Assembly: GCF_000485595.1 (NCBI RefSeq)
Contig: NW_014577068.1
Span: 990,607-1,050,497 of the forward strand
DNA length: 59,891 nucleotides
Direction of reading: 5' to 3'
Source of the DNA: Priapulus caudatus
Lineage: Eukaryota
Shown here: piece by piece, positions 26,684 through 40,200 of the stretch
Numbering within the stretch: position 1 is the first letter of the stretch
Layout of the letters: the number at the start of each line of letters is the position of its first letter
Made by a program: the position numbers and the translations under genes
Notes under the pieces: model-generated
What the model saw: only the letters and a program-made list of their open reading frames with translations
The model's database searches: none
Told to the model about the DNA's origin: nothing

Positions 26684-29600
26684 TTTTATTGCATGTAATT
26701 CAAATAGAATTTTTTCTACGTCTTTTTCATGGAGAAAAAAATCTGATAGATGCAATAGTGTTGAGCAGTTAAAATAATAACATTTCTGAGTGATACAGTA
26801 CAAAATAGCGCTATACAACATGTAGGGAAAAACATACATACAAAAACGACAGTACATTCTGTACAAGTAAAGTGATTAACACATGTTTCTTGGCAACACA
26901 TACTATCCCCCCTCCCGATAAATCAACGCATATGTTTAAGCAAGAGTATTCTACAATAGGATACCTCTGAATTGTGAGTGTGAAGGTACACGATGGCAAA
27001 TCTAGTTTTTATATAAATATCTAGTCGTTATATCAGTGTTCGAAATAAGGGCTATCCGTTTGTCCTCACTTGTCCAATTCCACGGAGGACAAGTAGACAT
27101 GTCCAGTAGCTTGTCCGCCAGACAAGCAGCCTTTTAGAGCAACTTTTTCATCATTTTCTACCATCGCTGGCCGCCGCCTGAGAAACTGTTAACTAAGACT
27201 GTCTAGACTAAATGTCAAATTTATCCTAGTCAAGTGACTCTGGCTCATAACTCACTGTGGTGAGAGTCAGACTCAGGACTGACCATGTATTGTTATTATA
27301 ACATTGAAGCTTCAAATTTGTTAAAGTAACTATTGCGAGAGTTTTCAGTGCAAAGCTTTTAGGGTTATTATTTGGAGTGATTCAAACGCAATTTTTAAAC
27401 TTGCATTTTGATTGTAATAAAGGTATCATAACCTGCAGCTAACGCACCAACGTGCCCGGGAGCGTGGAAGCCAGCCCCGGCGAAGCTGGACAGGTTGTGA
27501 GGTCGGACAACAAGCGCGGCCGCATATAAGGGGGGCCGCGCCGGGGAGTCAGGGGGCGGCACTGGGCGAACAAACCCGCTCATGTTACGTTTCAACAAAT
27601 GCATTCAAATAAAGACGTCTATATCATATATAATATACACAACCTCTTCGATCATCACTGGCTACGATCACTGACCGAAAAGTTCTGTGACCGTCTACAC
27701 CTAATTTGACCTGTTAGTGAACTGTATTCAAATTACGAGATAGATAAGAGTAAGATATTGGGTCTAAAATTTAATTTGATTAAATGTATTACACATTTAC
27801 AATATTTGAATGTTATTAATCAGGACAAGCAAAAATATCTTGTAGCTTGTCCGTCTGACAAGCAAAATCTTTTCCTTATTTCAAACACTGGTTACTGTTT
27901 ACTTATTATTGATATAAATTTCAGTATTTACTTATTATCGACATTATTAAGATTATTACTTATTATGTTATGAAGGAAAGGAATGCTGTGCTACACACCG
28001 CTTTCAACCATAAAGATAAACTTACGAGACTAAAATTCATGCTGGATAAAAGTGTATAGTGTATGTACTTCAAGGCTTATAACCAGTCCATTTTCCTAAT
28101 TACAAATTTAGGAGTGTTCTTACCGAGGACATATCTTTCTTGAACTTCTCTGCACCATGCGGGTCACTATTCTTCATGCCTTGGTACTGTTCTTCCATAT
28201 CAGACCACTTCTTCATAACCTAAACAAAGACCACATGTATACAAGCCAGGGTATTTTTTACAGAGTTGGGCACACCAGTCAGTACATATTTGGGGGAATC
28301 GCGCAAACTACAGTTGGTTCAGGATAGGGGTTCACTGGATCAAAATTCCGGCCAGAACCGGAACTGTAGCTGTAATCAAGGATCACCATTTCGGTCCTAT
28401 ATTGATTAAAATTACTTAACATGAACGAAATAGCATTAGTACGCACATCAATCAAGTAAGTAGGGCGATGTCTAATGTTCTAATTACAAGATGGCTATTA
28501 GGTGTACGAGTCGGCTGCGTTCAGTCAATGAAAATATAGCTCAATGACGTGATATCATATTCCTACCTACAGTCAGGCAGGAAGTGCAATGCTAAAACTA
28601 TAATTCTCTGCCAGTAAGATCTTTATAGTAACAGAAATTAAATTAGAAAAAAGTTCTGGCGTCAGCCAACTTTTGTACCTGAAACCAGAACCCTTAAAAA
28701 TTAGGGTTCTGACTGTAACTATCCCCAAGATCCAGTGCATACCTAGATCAAGGGCAGCAGCCTGTGCCACTGAATGTGGGTAATCTTGTACAGGCACATG
28801 GACACCCGCTACAATATACTGATATACCAGCCTCAGCAAATACACTGAGAAGTGATGGCAATTGAATCATCACTAATGTACGAACGGTCTACGATATACG
28901 CTGCCTGTAAAAAAAATACTAATAGGAGACGACATCGGCAATATGCGTACCAGGGTGACCTTGGCCTGGTGTTTTTCCTCGAGTCGCTTCTCAGCTGCCT
29001 TGAAGTCCACGTGCTCCTGATCGCTAGTGTCGCTGCTGTAGTAAGCATCATCCTCCATGGTGTCATCCGCATCCACAACGTCAGCTGCAACATAGCGATT
29101 ACCAGCATGGTCACTTACAGTGCGGGCGCATGGGAGACATGTTTATTATTGTATGCAATATAGTTTAAAAGACTATGGCAGTAGCATGGCAAATACCAAC
29201 ATGCTCATAAGCTATGTCCATGGAAAAGGGCATTTTAAGTAGTCTGTGTAACATAGCTTATAGCAATATTGTGGTTGTAGCTATCAGAATCTTTACCAAA
29301 CCTAGAAGTACCTTTACAGGGTGCGAAATTAACGCGAGTCCGGAGTCAAATACTCCCTGATTTGACATATGCAGGAGTCCGTGTGGCTCCCTGAAAATTC
29401 TGCTATACGAACTTAGTAACTAGTTGTGTTTTTAGCAACTGACCCAAGAAAAATTCTGTGGTACTACTTGTATACTGCGGACTCCCTCATTTTGCTGCGG
29501 ACTCCCTCTTTTTGGTTGGACTCGCTTGTTCAAAAGTTAATTTCTACCCCTGCCTTTATATTATAGAGACACAAATCTATATATTTTTCTGGCTTCACAC

Positions 29601-32600
29601 ATCACCACCAAGAGGCAACTCAACAAAAACCCGCTGCTCAATGATCTTACCTCCTTCCTTTTTTACTTACTTCCTTGTTTACATACCTACTTGCTAACTT
29701 ACAAGCTCCCAAAAATATTTCCCTAAATAATGACCATAAAGACTCATTACGTCGTTCCTGACAAACTGATGATAGCTCAAACCAAGTAAACAACCTGCAA
29801 AAACCTCGCTAACCCAGACATCGATGCCGCGACAATTTCTCTACTCAGAAACTAACAACACATCCCCTAAAAGATTTCGCTGACTAACTGCTGAAAAAAT
29901 CTCGCTAGCCCAGACACCGATCCCCCGACAATTTCTCTACTCAGAAACTAACAACACCTCCCATAAAAGATTTCGCTGACTAAATGCAGAAAAAAATCTC
30001 GCTGGCACAGACAACGACTTCTATCGCCGATCTCGTTCGCCCGGCGATAGCCGTGACGACAGCGCCACCTACCGGACTCCTCGCTGCCGTCCTCGCGCGG
30101 GCAGCAGACGAACTCGACTCCGCTGAACATGTCGACGCCGCATGGCAGCAGCATGCCGAAGTTCTCCAGCGTCTTGCCGGTGGACACGCACGACCTGTTC
30201 GCGCGCCGCTGCCAGTCGGCGAACAGCATGCACTTCTCGGAGAGGTGGATGTGGTCGAACGTGCAGTGCTGCGGCACCAGCAGCGGGTCACTCTGGAACG
30301 GCCCGACTGTAACGCGCGTGTGCGCGGCAAGGAAGACGTTATCACACGTTGAAGATTGCAAATCCTACGCGTGATTAATCAAATTAATCCGAATTGAAAT
30401 TCGTTGCTTCTAATTAATCACATGCGAGTCGGAATTGAAATTCATCTCTAATTTTGATTAAAATTTAATGAGAACAAACGCACCAGAACTGATGTAATAA
30501 AAAGGAATAATAGCATAAATATAGAAAAGGGACTAATCAAGTGCAATTCGACAGATACACGAAGTTTAAAGCTAATCTACTAACCAGGAATTTAAATGAT
30601 TCAAATGAATTCAAAGAATAGAAATAGAACAATATAATATACATTATTTGGTACAAGCACCTCTCACACCTCAGGGGACATCTTTATTATTCCATGTTTA
30701 AAAGGTAAGAGAACTGAATATATAACTGTGTATAGCACACATAAATTATCAGTCCTATTCAAGTGTGCCTCATCCCAATTTTTACTTGTGAAGGCTTACT
30801 TTTCAAAAAGGTCAAGGTACTGATTTACACAGCACGATTTTCTGTAGTTACTCACGTGTGCACACAAATGGGATCGACCTTATTGCTCACAATATGATAG
30901 CACACAATCAACATCACGATGAACACACTAATTACAGAGCCCACATTAGTTAAATGGGAAACCCATGTCTTTGTCTCGTGTTAAATTATTGCCATTAGAT
31001 ACGTGATTTAGGCAATATATGACCTAATTTCTACATTTCTAGATTGTCAAAATAGGGCTAATTGTTTTTACAATACTTCTACACTGAGATAACATTTCTA
31101 AAAACACACCCATTCCAATAATTAAAACACAAATAGAAAATAGAATAGAGAGTACTGAGAGACCAAATTTCAATTGGAACTATGGCATATTTGCTTATCA
31201 CCACTATATCATGAAGGTACTGATAAAGCCTCTAGAGATTGATTCTACAATCGCTCATAAAACCAATGACCATTATGCAGAGCATAATTATATCTAGAAA
31301 TTGGGAACAAAATTTAGTGACCTAACCCATGGTTGAGTTTTTTTACCGCAAATTAGCTCTAGCATATGTTAAACTTAAAGGCCTGTGGAGAACCCTAATA
31401 CATGTGTTTTAATATGTTAACATGCATAAAGTGTGCTTTTTTTATTACTTCTTTTTAATGGCTAAAATGTTTTTTCATAAGAATGCATCTCAGGTTATAT
31501 AATAGAAGGCAATGGGGAAATGTTATTTAGCCTTTACGATTTCAGCATTAGACATTTCCTCCGCAACACAGGTGGGGGTACTACTGTATGCACTTTGATA
31601 CCAACAGCCAATTACTCAGGTATCATCAGAGCTTGCATATCTATCTATCAGTGCCTTCAGCAGTGGCTATGGAATCAGTACTAGTAATGCTCATAGGGTC
31701 TATGTCCCCCAGGGTACTGCCGGAACGTACCCTGGGTACGGTCCGGTATACCGGAACGTACCCTGGTCACTATTTGATATGGTTAGGGTTAGGATTAGGG
31801 TTAGGGTTAGGGTTAAGGTTACTCCCTAGAATCGTTAGTGGAGTAGGCGAGGTACGGTCCGGCATATTAGATAGTACCAGGGTACGTTCCGGCAGTACCC
31901 CGGGGGACATAGACCCTCTCAGTACTAGTAATGTCTATATGAGCACAGCAATCAATACACACCCAGGCATCTGTAGGGCATCACGTCATGACTCCATTTG
32001 CACTTTTTATGTCCTGTGTGACACCAGTTGTGGATCCTCACAGTTGATGTTGACTCCACAACATTAGTGATTTGCAGCGTCGGATAAGCCTGCAAACAAA
32101 AATAGGGGGTGTGAGGTACTTTTCCCGATAACTAGCGAGTCATTTTAAATCCATACATGTACACTTTTGCAGTGCGAGAAATTAGCGCTATTTTGCCGGT
32201 GGCCGCCGGTTCAACCCCCCATATAATCATACCACTTGGCCTATTCAAAATGTTGCCCATCTTGCAATAATTATATCAACAATATTTACCAATTTCCTGA
32301 CTAGTTTTCACTTAACGCCTACTAAGAAGTAAATCATGTTCCAGCAATTCCTGTCAAACAAGTAGAACTCCACTGATAGCAATAAATTAGTGAAATACTA
32401 TGAGTATGACTAATAAACACAAAGCTAATCCTTTTATTAATAATGGAATAAATTGAACAAAATTAAGGGTCTGTTCAATTTGTCTAAGGGCCTGTTCACA
32501 CTTTGGCTAATTTCATGCCCTGCTTTTGTAATCAATAGAGAATAAATAGTGATAAGCGATCATGTGTGATCATCACCAAAACATATATGCTCTTGTAATA

Positions 32601-33400
32601 ATGTAAACACTATAAGTACAATCTGTACACCAACTTTAACATATATATGTTTACCTTGTACGTATATACATCTCAGCAAGAGTAGATAATAACACATGTG
32701 TTATTATCTACTCTTGATCTCAGTTTATCTAGATCAGTGATTCTTAACCTTTTTTGAGTCATGGACCGCTGTGAGGATCTGGTGAAAGCTACGGACCCCT
32801 CCCCAGAAAAATGCACATGTATAAGCACATCAACATAATTATTTTTATGCGCCTAGTTCACGGACCCCCTTGAAGCCAACCCACGGATCCCAAAGGGGTC
32901 CATGGACCACAGGTTAAGAACCCTTGATCCAGATGAACATGCACACAGAATAATATGTATATATATATTGTATGCACTGATATAGATCAACGAGTTTAGA
33001 AATGAATACAAATTCAATGATAGCTAAGTGAGTTTAGAAAATGCTGTGCCCTGTAGATAGTATTGATTGTACTTTTCTGTAAAGTGATATAGCCAACATT
33101 GAGCTGAATACACGTGTAGCTGACAATCCAGGGTTGCTCTACACGATACAGTATGTGTAACATGCGTGATCACTATCAATGATTGATATAGATCCATCCC
33201 CTAATGTCACTGAAATATACCCGGCTAACCTAGCAACTCAGCCCTCAAACAGGTAATGTGAAATTATAGCAACATACATGAAACCGTTTATTATAAGATA
33301 TACGTGGGAAAAACAAAGGAAAACAGAGTGAGATCATAGGGGGGGGGGGAGGCAGAGATAGGGGGACAGAGAGCAAGATCCAAACACAGAGAGAGAGGAA

Positions 33401-33447
<47 letters not shown>

Positions 33448-33454
33448 AGAGAGA

Positions 33455-33508
<54 letters not shown>

Positions 33509-34259
33509 GAGGGGAGGGGGAGGGAGGAGAGGAGAGGAGGGAGGGGAGGGGTAGGGGAGGGGAGGAGGGAGGGACGGACGGAAGGAAGTAGAGTANNNNN
33601 NNNNNGAGGAGGAGGAGGAGGAGGGAGGAGGAGAGATGAGAGAGGAGTGAGGGGGGGGGTGGCAGGAGGGAGGCCTGAAAGAATGAGCTGTCTGGTACGT
33701 AGCATTAGCTACAGTATAGGAGGCCATCGGCCTCTCTGCAACTACAACAACTTGCCAAGCGCTGTAACCACGCAACCATGCAGCCGTGTTGACATGCACG
33801 TGTCAACTAGACTGTGGCTGTCAGCACTATGATACACCCTATACTGACTATCTGAAGCGAGCGTGCTAACAAAGGCGCAAGTAGGAATCAGGAACAACCA
33901 TTTACAATGGGAAACGGGTGATTAGTTTTCATTCCTCGTTACCATTTTGAACGAAGTCATAAACACACGCGAATGCACGCATGTACGCACGAGCGCGCAT
34001 ACTTATTAAAACATCATATTTTGTGATAAAAAATCATCATGTCATGATGATTTTTTAACACAAATTAATACTGAGAACATTATTGATATCTTAAAGGTGG
34101 GAACGAAATGTGGCTTTCAATGTTAAGTCATGAAATTACGTACTTAATATGACTGTATACGCTTTTAAGTTTATTTTAGTGCAGAAACTAGGATAACTTA
34201 ACAAATTAATCAATAAAATATCTAATAAAATAGTCACACCTCAGCTAAACACCAAGCGG

Positions 34260-34295
<36 letters not shown>

Positions 34296-37200
34296 CATTC
34301 TTTGATGCTACCAATTTGTTATACAACGTAGCTAAACAATGACACCATCGGCACTATGACACCATCGGCACCATCGGCACCATCGGCACCATCGTTTGTG
34401 ATATGATAATGGATATATATCTAGATTGCACATGGAGTGAAAAATCCAATGTGAAGTTCATTTTTAAGTCATTTTACATATCCTTACATATCCTTATTAT
34501 ATTTTAGTATCCTTTTACATATCAGTTGAAACGAAATGCCATGTTTTCCATGCAGTACAGCACTGCAAATAAGATTTGGGTGACATCCTTAATCAGAATT
34601 TCAGTAATAATAGGGAAAAAAATATAATGGACACTCTAGATAATTGGTACTAAAGCCTGATACAAAGTAATAAAATCAATATAAAGCAGAATAGACAGCA
34701 GAGGCAGTGCTCAACACAGCCGGTCACCCGGTCACCAATGGCGACCAAAACCTCTGCTGGGCGATTAAAAAATACCAAAAACAAAATATTACAGGCCCAA
34801 AATGAAATCTTTGGGCAAGTACAATTTCTGTTCGCCGTTAACACAGCGCAAAACAAGTGCTCAGATTTCGATTTATCGCAACATTCGGCGGACACGGCTT
34901 TCCTATGTAAAGGGAGATCAGAGCATATAAATCAACGCGCATAGTCACTCAGTGCAATTACTATTGGGCAGCCATTTTTTAATTGAACTGGTAGCGCCGT
35001 CTATAGTTTGTGGTCACGCCGTCATGGCACCGCACTAGAGAAACCATGGTGGTGCCTACTGTTCTTCATTTAATTGTAACAATCGATGGTCAGGAACAAA
35101 CAATGTTCACTTTTTTTCGTTTACCAAAGGACTCTGAAAGGTATGATAATAACTACACAGTTCCACAAAACTATTTGAGAAGTTCATGTTCTATGCCGTG
35201 TTACCTGTGACGTGTTTCTGCGACGCCGTGTTACCGGTGCCGACGTATTACCCATGCCGACGTATTACCGGTTAAGCCGTGTTACATGTGAAGCCATGTT
35301 ACATGTGAAGCCGTGTTACATGTGACGATGTGGTACCTGTCATGCCGTGTTACATGTGACGACGTATTACCAGTGAAGCCATGTTCATGTGACAACGTGT
35401 TCCTGCGACGCCGTGTTACCGGTTTAACAACATTTTCTTTATTCAGGTAAAGAAGGCCACCGGCCCATATCACCAATACAATACATACAAGTTGCTGGCG
35501 CCACATCTATACAAATACTGCATACACAATACATACAAGTATGATGTATCATATTACTATGTGTCATTATGGTTATGATTTATATTTTAACCAAAAAAAG
35601 ACCAATGGAAAATTGGGCTACCCCTTTTCATTTTGGGCCAGAAGAAATAAATTTCTGGTGGCCCAAAAATTCTTTTTTAACCCGAAGTGTCAAGCACTGA
35701 GAGAAAGTTCAAGGGCTGCAAACATTAACGTATGATGATATTTCAAATTCAAATAGAGAAACATACCTTTCGACAATACTCTAGTATGTCTAGCTTTTCT
35801 GTCAGACAGTTGGAATTGGCGCTTTTGTCCGGAATCCAATCTCCGTTGCTGATGTTCAAATGCATATTGAGAAAACCACATTTCATTGCAATCTTTGGTT
35901 CCAGTGGTCCAGCAGCATCGGCCACGCTGCCTACCAAAGCCTGCAATAACAAGTGAAGTATATAATAGCACAAACAGCACATATGGGAGGACATTTTTTT
36001 AATAATTGCACACAGCATACATTTCTAGCAAAATTATTGACTTACTAGCAATTTTATTGAGTGCAGGGATATTACCTTGCGCTATTGCAAACACGTGTGA
36101 AATCAGATACATGTATACATGTATATTACATGGCAAACCACGTGCTATGTGCCAGTAAAAAGTGTATAGTAGCTGACTTGACATGGCTTATATTTTGTAC
36201 ATGCTTACACAGTGACACTGGTTAAAAAGAAATCAATACCACTGCTGTAAATTAAATGTATTAGCCATGGGACCAGAACAAAAGGTGTGATATATTAGAG
36301 GAGAGCATGATATTGTGTAGCATTAGGTTAGGTCTAGTGAGGCTATAGCTTGTATTACATGACAGCGATAGACCACATTGCTTCCTTCCAAGTATATTAC
36401 ATATTGATTCTAATGCCTAATGAATACTAGTTTCAAAAACTTGCAACATGGCAAAATCAAGCAAGGAAACTACATTACTTGCAATTCTCCAATCAATACA
36501 TTAGCATTTTCATTACCACTTATACAAAGACCTAAAAACAATAATCGTTGTTTTATCTAGCAGTTTATGTCCTACACAAATCACATGAGACATCTTGAAT
36601 GCTACCACTTAAAAACTGAGATCTATATCGAGTGTATCCAAGCTGATACTATTTTAAAGCAAGATAGCATTTAAGTAGATATAACCAAGAGCTAATAATA
36701 CCTCTTAGTATTATTAGCTTTTGATATAACTCATGTGCAATGTGCAGCGAGATCTCATGTAAGAGGGATGCCCAGGCATGTAGCCACTCCCTACAAAATA
36801 TTGCCTCTCTACTACACTACATAGTAATATTATACACTGTTAGAGCAACAATTTATTGTAATAATTTTAAGCACACTGAATGTTTACTGATTATAAATAT
36901 AATTCACAGGTATAATGCCGTTAGATGCACCCGCTATATTATAATTGTAAGAATATCAACCTCCAACAAATATAAATTAATATATGTTTTACCTAACCTA
37001 ACACTAACCCAGCTCTATTTACAAGGTGAACAAAATAAACAAACATATTGCAATTTCCATTTGATCTGGACTTGGAAAACCTGAAACAGTACAAGATAAA
37101 CAGCTGAAACCGAAATTTATGCTATTCACATGGTCAATTTGCCATTTTAGTCAAACCGAGCTCGCGGCAAATTGCATTATGGGGTTGTCGTCACTCACTT

Positions 37201-40200
37201 CATCTCAGAAAATAGTGTAACTCAGTAAATAAGAAATGCTTAGTAGCACCCAGTTACTGAGAGTGAGCTATAGGTTTATTCACTCACCTAGGCTTTTACA
37301 TGTTACACTAGTTGTAGTAATGTTTGAAAACTGAAACAATGATAAGTTTTTGTACACTGAAAGTTTGAAACGGTCTTTTAATGTATGGCAGTATGACCTA
37401 TATTACTTAGTATTTTTGGAGCTACTGTTGGTTCTATGCCATCATTATGGACTGGGGTGCCAGTACTAGTAGAGTAAAACTGAATGTGACACTTTGAATT
37501 CTTTTCACAGACACTAACACCAACTATGGAACATCAGATCACTTTTTGGACAGGCTATAGTAATTTAGTTAGTAACTAAACACAAATTGTATTTACTACT
37601 AAAGGCCACCTGTGCCTGGGTGCTCAACGAACGATCAAAATAACAATATAAATTTGCATCGAACTAAAATTGATTTGGCCAACAATTTATATGCAATAAT
37701 TATGCGTTGGAAACATCAAATGCAGTTGCTTGAACACTGGTGAGTCATACCAATTACCATAATCTGGAATCATCTGTATAGTACAATGTCTAGAATGTAT
37801 AACTCACACGAAATTCCGATAATTATTTAAAGTGTAGCAGGTGCGTCCAATCACATAAGCAGGGCTCCACACTAACTTTTTTTTCTAGTGGCCCGTTCGG
37901 GCCAGTAAAATTATGAATTTTCAATTTTTGATGGCCCGAAAAGCAAAGTTATTGGCACCCCAAAAAAGAGGAAAACATTAAAAACCCATCTTGTTGTGAT
38001 AAATCCTATATTTTAATTAATTATATGAAGACTGGATAGACCTCTTTATTAATAGATGCACTTACATAAGTCTCAACACAATCTCACATTGAGGGGCATA
38101 CATTTATCCACATCAAATATTCCCCAGACTAGAGTCTTGTATAATACCATTATTCAAACTTCGCTCATTTCTTCGACATTTTTTTTTGGCAAGACATCAA
38201 AGTACAAGTACAAGTACTGTATATTTTCAAGTTAAAATAAAGTCCATGTTTTCTACACACAATTTGAAAGACACCCGTAACACCTGTACAAGACAAGATC
38301 ATGAGATTATTTTCTTTTAACAAACAGTAAAACACTGGCAAAACACGTACTGGCACTAGCTTTTTGCTGCAGAAATTCTTGTAAGTATTTCAAACAAACA
38401 CAATCCTTGTATGTGCATCTTGTGCAGCTTGAAAATGAGTCTTCAATATTTACTTTAATAACTTTAAATAAGGGGTACATAGAATATATATACCGCTCGA
38501 TATCTTTGCAACCGTAAGAGGAAGAAACTTCAAACTTGGTCCACAGTTGCATCTTATGGGGCGAGAGAACCCTATTGATTCTGAGCCACTTACACCCAAG
38601 GTCAAGGTCAAGGTCACAGGGTCATTAACTATGGGCGCGTTTGTTTGGGACGAATCCGTCTGAACGAGATCATGTGATCCTGATCCGACCAAACAAACGC
38701 AAACTCACTTTCACCGGATCACGTTTCGCTGTGACCTATCACGGGATGGTTCATAACAAAGAACAAGCTGTTATTGGCTGAGGCGCGGGCCGCCATATTG
38801 GATCCTGTTCAAATCCGCCTCGCTAGCAGGGTCGGGTTCGGTGGATTGAGATCAAGTGATCCGACCAAACAAACAGTCAGATCAACGAATCCATCGGATC
38901 GAGATCCGTGGATCCGACCAAACAAACGCGCCCTACGCAGAGCTGCGTGTGTAATGATATCGATTTATTGAAACTGCGCGCTACAATGCACTGGACCAAT
39001 GATTAATGCTAACCGTTCCACGAACACAAACAGAAACTAGAACAGAAACGACACGCATTCGCTTTATATGCAGAAGACTCGAATTATGTTTTTACGCGTA
39101 AAGTTCTCTCGCATACGAGACCCAAACTACCGTATAGCTTAAGTACCCATACATCGCATCACACCATATTGCAGCAGTCACGCGCATTGTATTGTAACTA
39201 TTGTTTGCGTATTGTTCTAGCTATCGCGGCTCATGCACACGTACACGTAGTCACGTACACACACGCTGTAGCTACACAAATATACATGCACACATACCGT
39301 ACGTACGCACGCACGCACAAGATTTTCACGTAAGAAAATTATACTTTTTCTCACATAATCACTTAGAAAGTTTAGTGTTGGGCCACCAAAATTTAGCATT
39401 TCTGGAATTCTGCTGGCCCGACGTACAGTTTTACTGGCCCCGGGCCATCGGGCCAGCGCTAGTGTCGAGCCCTGATATAAGGCAGTGGCACCCATAATGC
39501 AAGAATATCAATAATATAAAAATAATATAACCCTGTAGTACCATAGTACTAAGTAAGAGTAGGCTCAATTTATGGTTATTTTTTATCGCATGCACTTGGT
39601 TAATTTCAATAATAAAGTAATGGGAAATAAATACACAAATAGATATATAGAATCCGAGTATTATGTCCACAGTGGCATTCATGCGTTGAGGCTGTTTGTA
39701 GCAGAGGAGTATTTGAGCGGCATTTACAAGGAATTATTATGCAATAAATATTACAGGTAGTGTGTGACAATGATGCACACAACCTACCTAAAACACTATA
39801 TATAGCCACCTACACATTCCATCTATGCCGCAGCAGAGGAGGAATGGCTTTCATGGTACAGTAAAATGATAAAACAGGTATTAAGTTAGTATTTTTACAC
39901 AATAACTTCACACCTTTGCACAAATCGAAGACCTTGGGCCTCGCTTCTTGTGGCCAACAGCATAGATCACATCGCCTAAAATCACATCTAACTCTGCAAT
40001 TTGTGCATAGCTGTGACTGTGAGGCTGTTGTGTAGAATACAAAGTTAATCAATTTTTTTACTCAACTTGACAACCATTTTACAAATTACAGTGAGTAACT
40101 ACTAACTGAAGCCCTGCCACTTCTACATGAAATCAAGTTTGTCGGAAATCAACAAATGATATTAGGTAAGTTGTGGGGGGATCTAATATACTAACTGAGA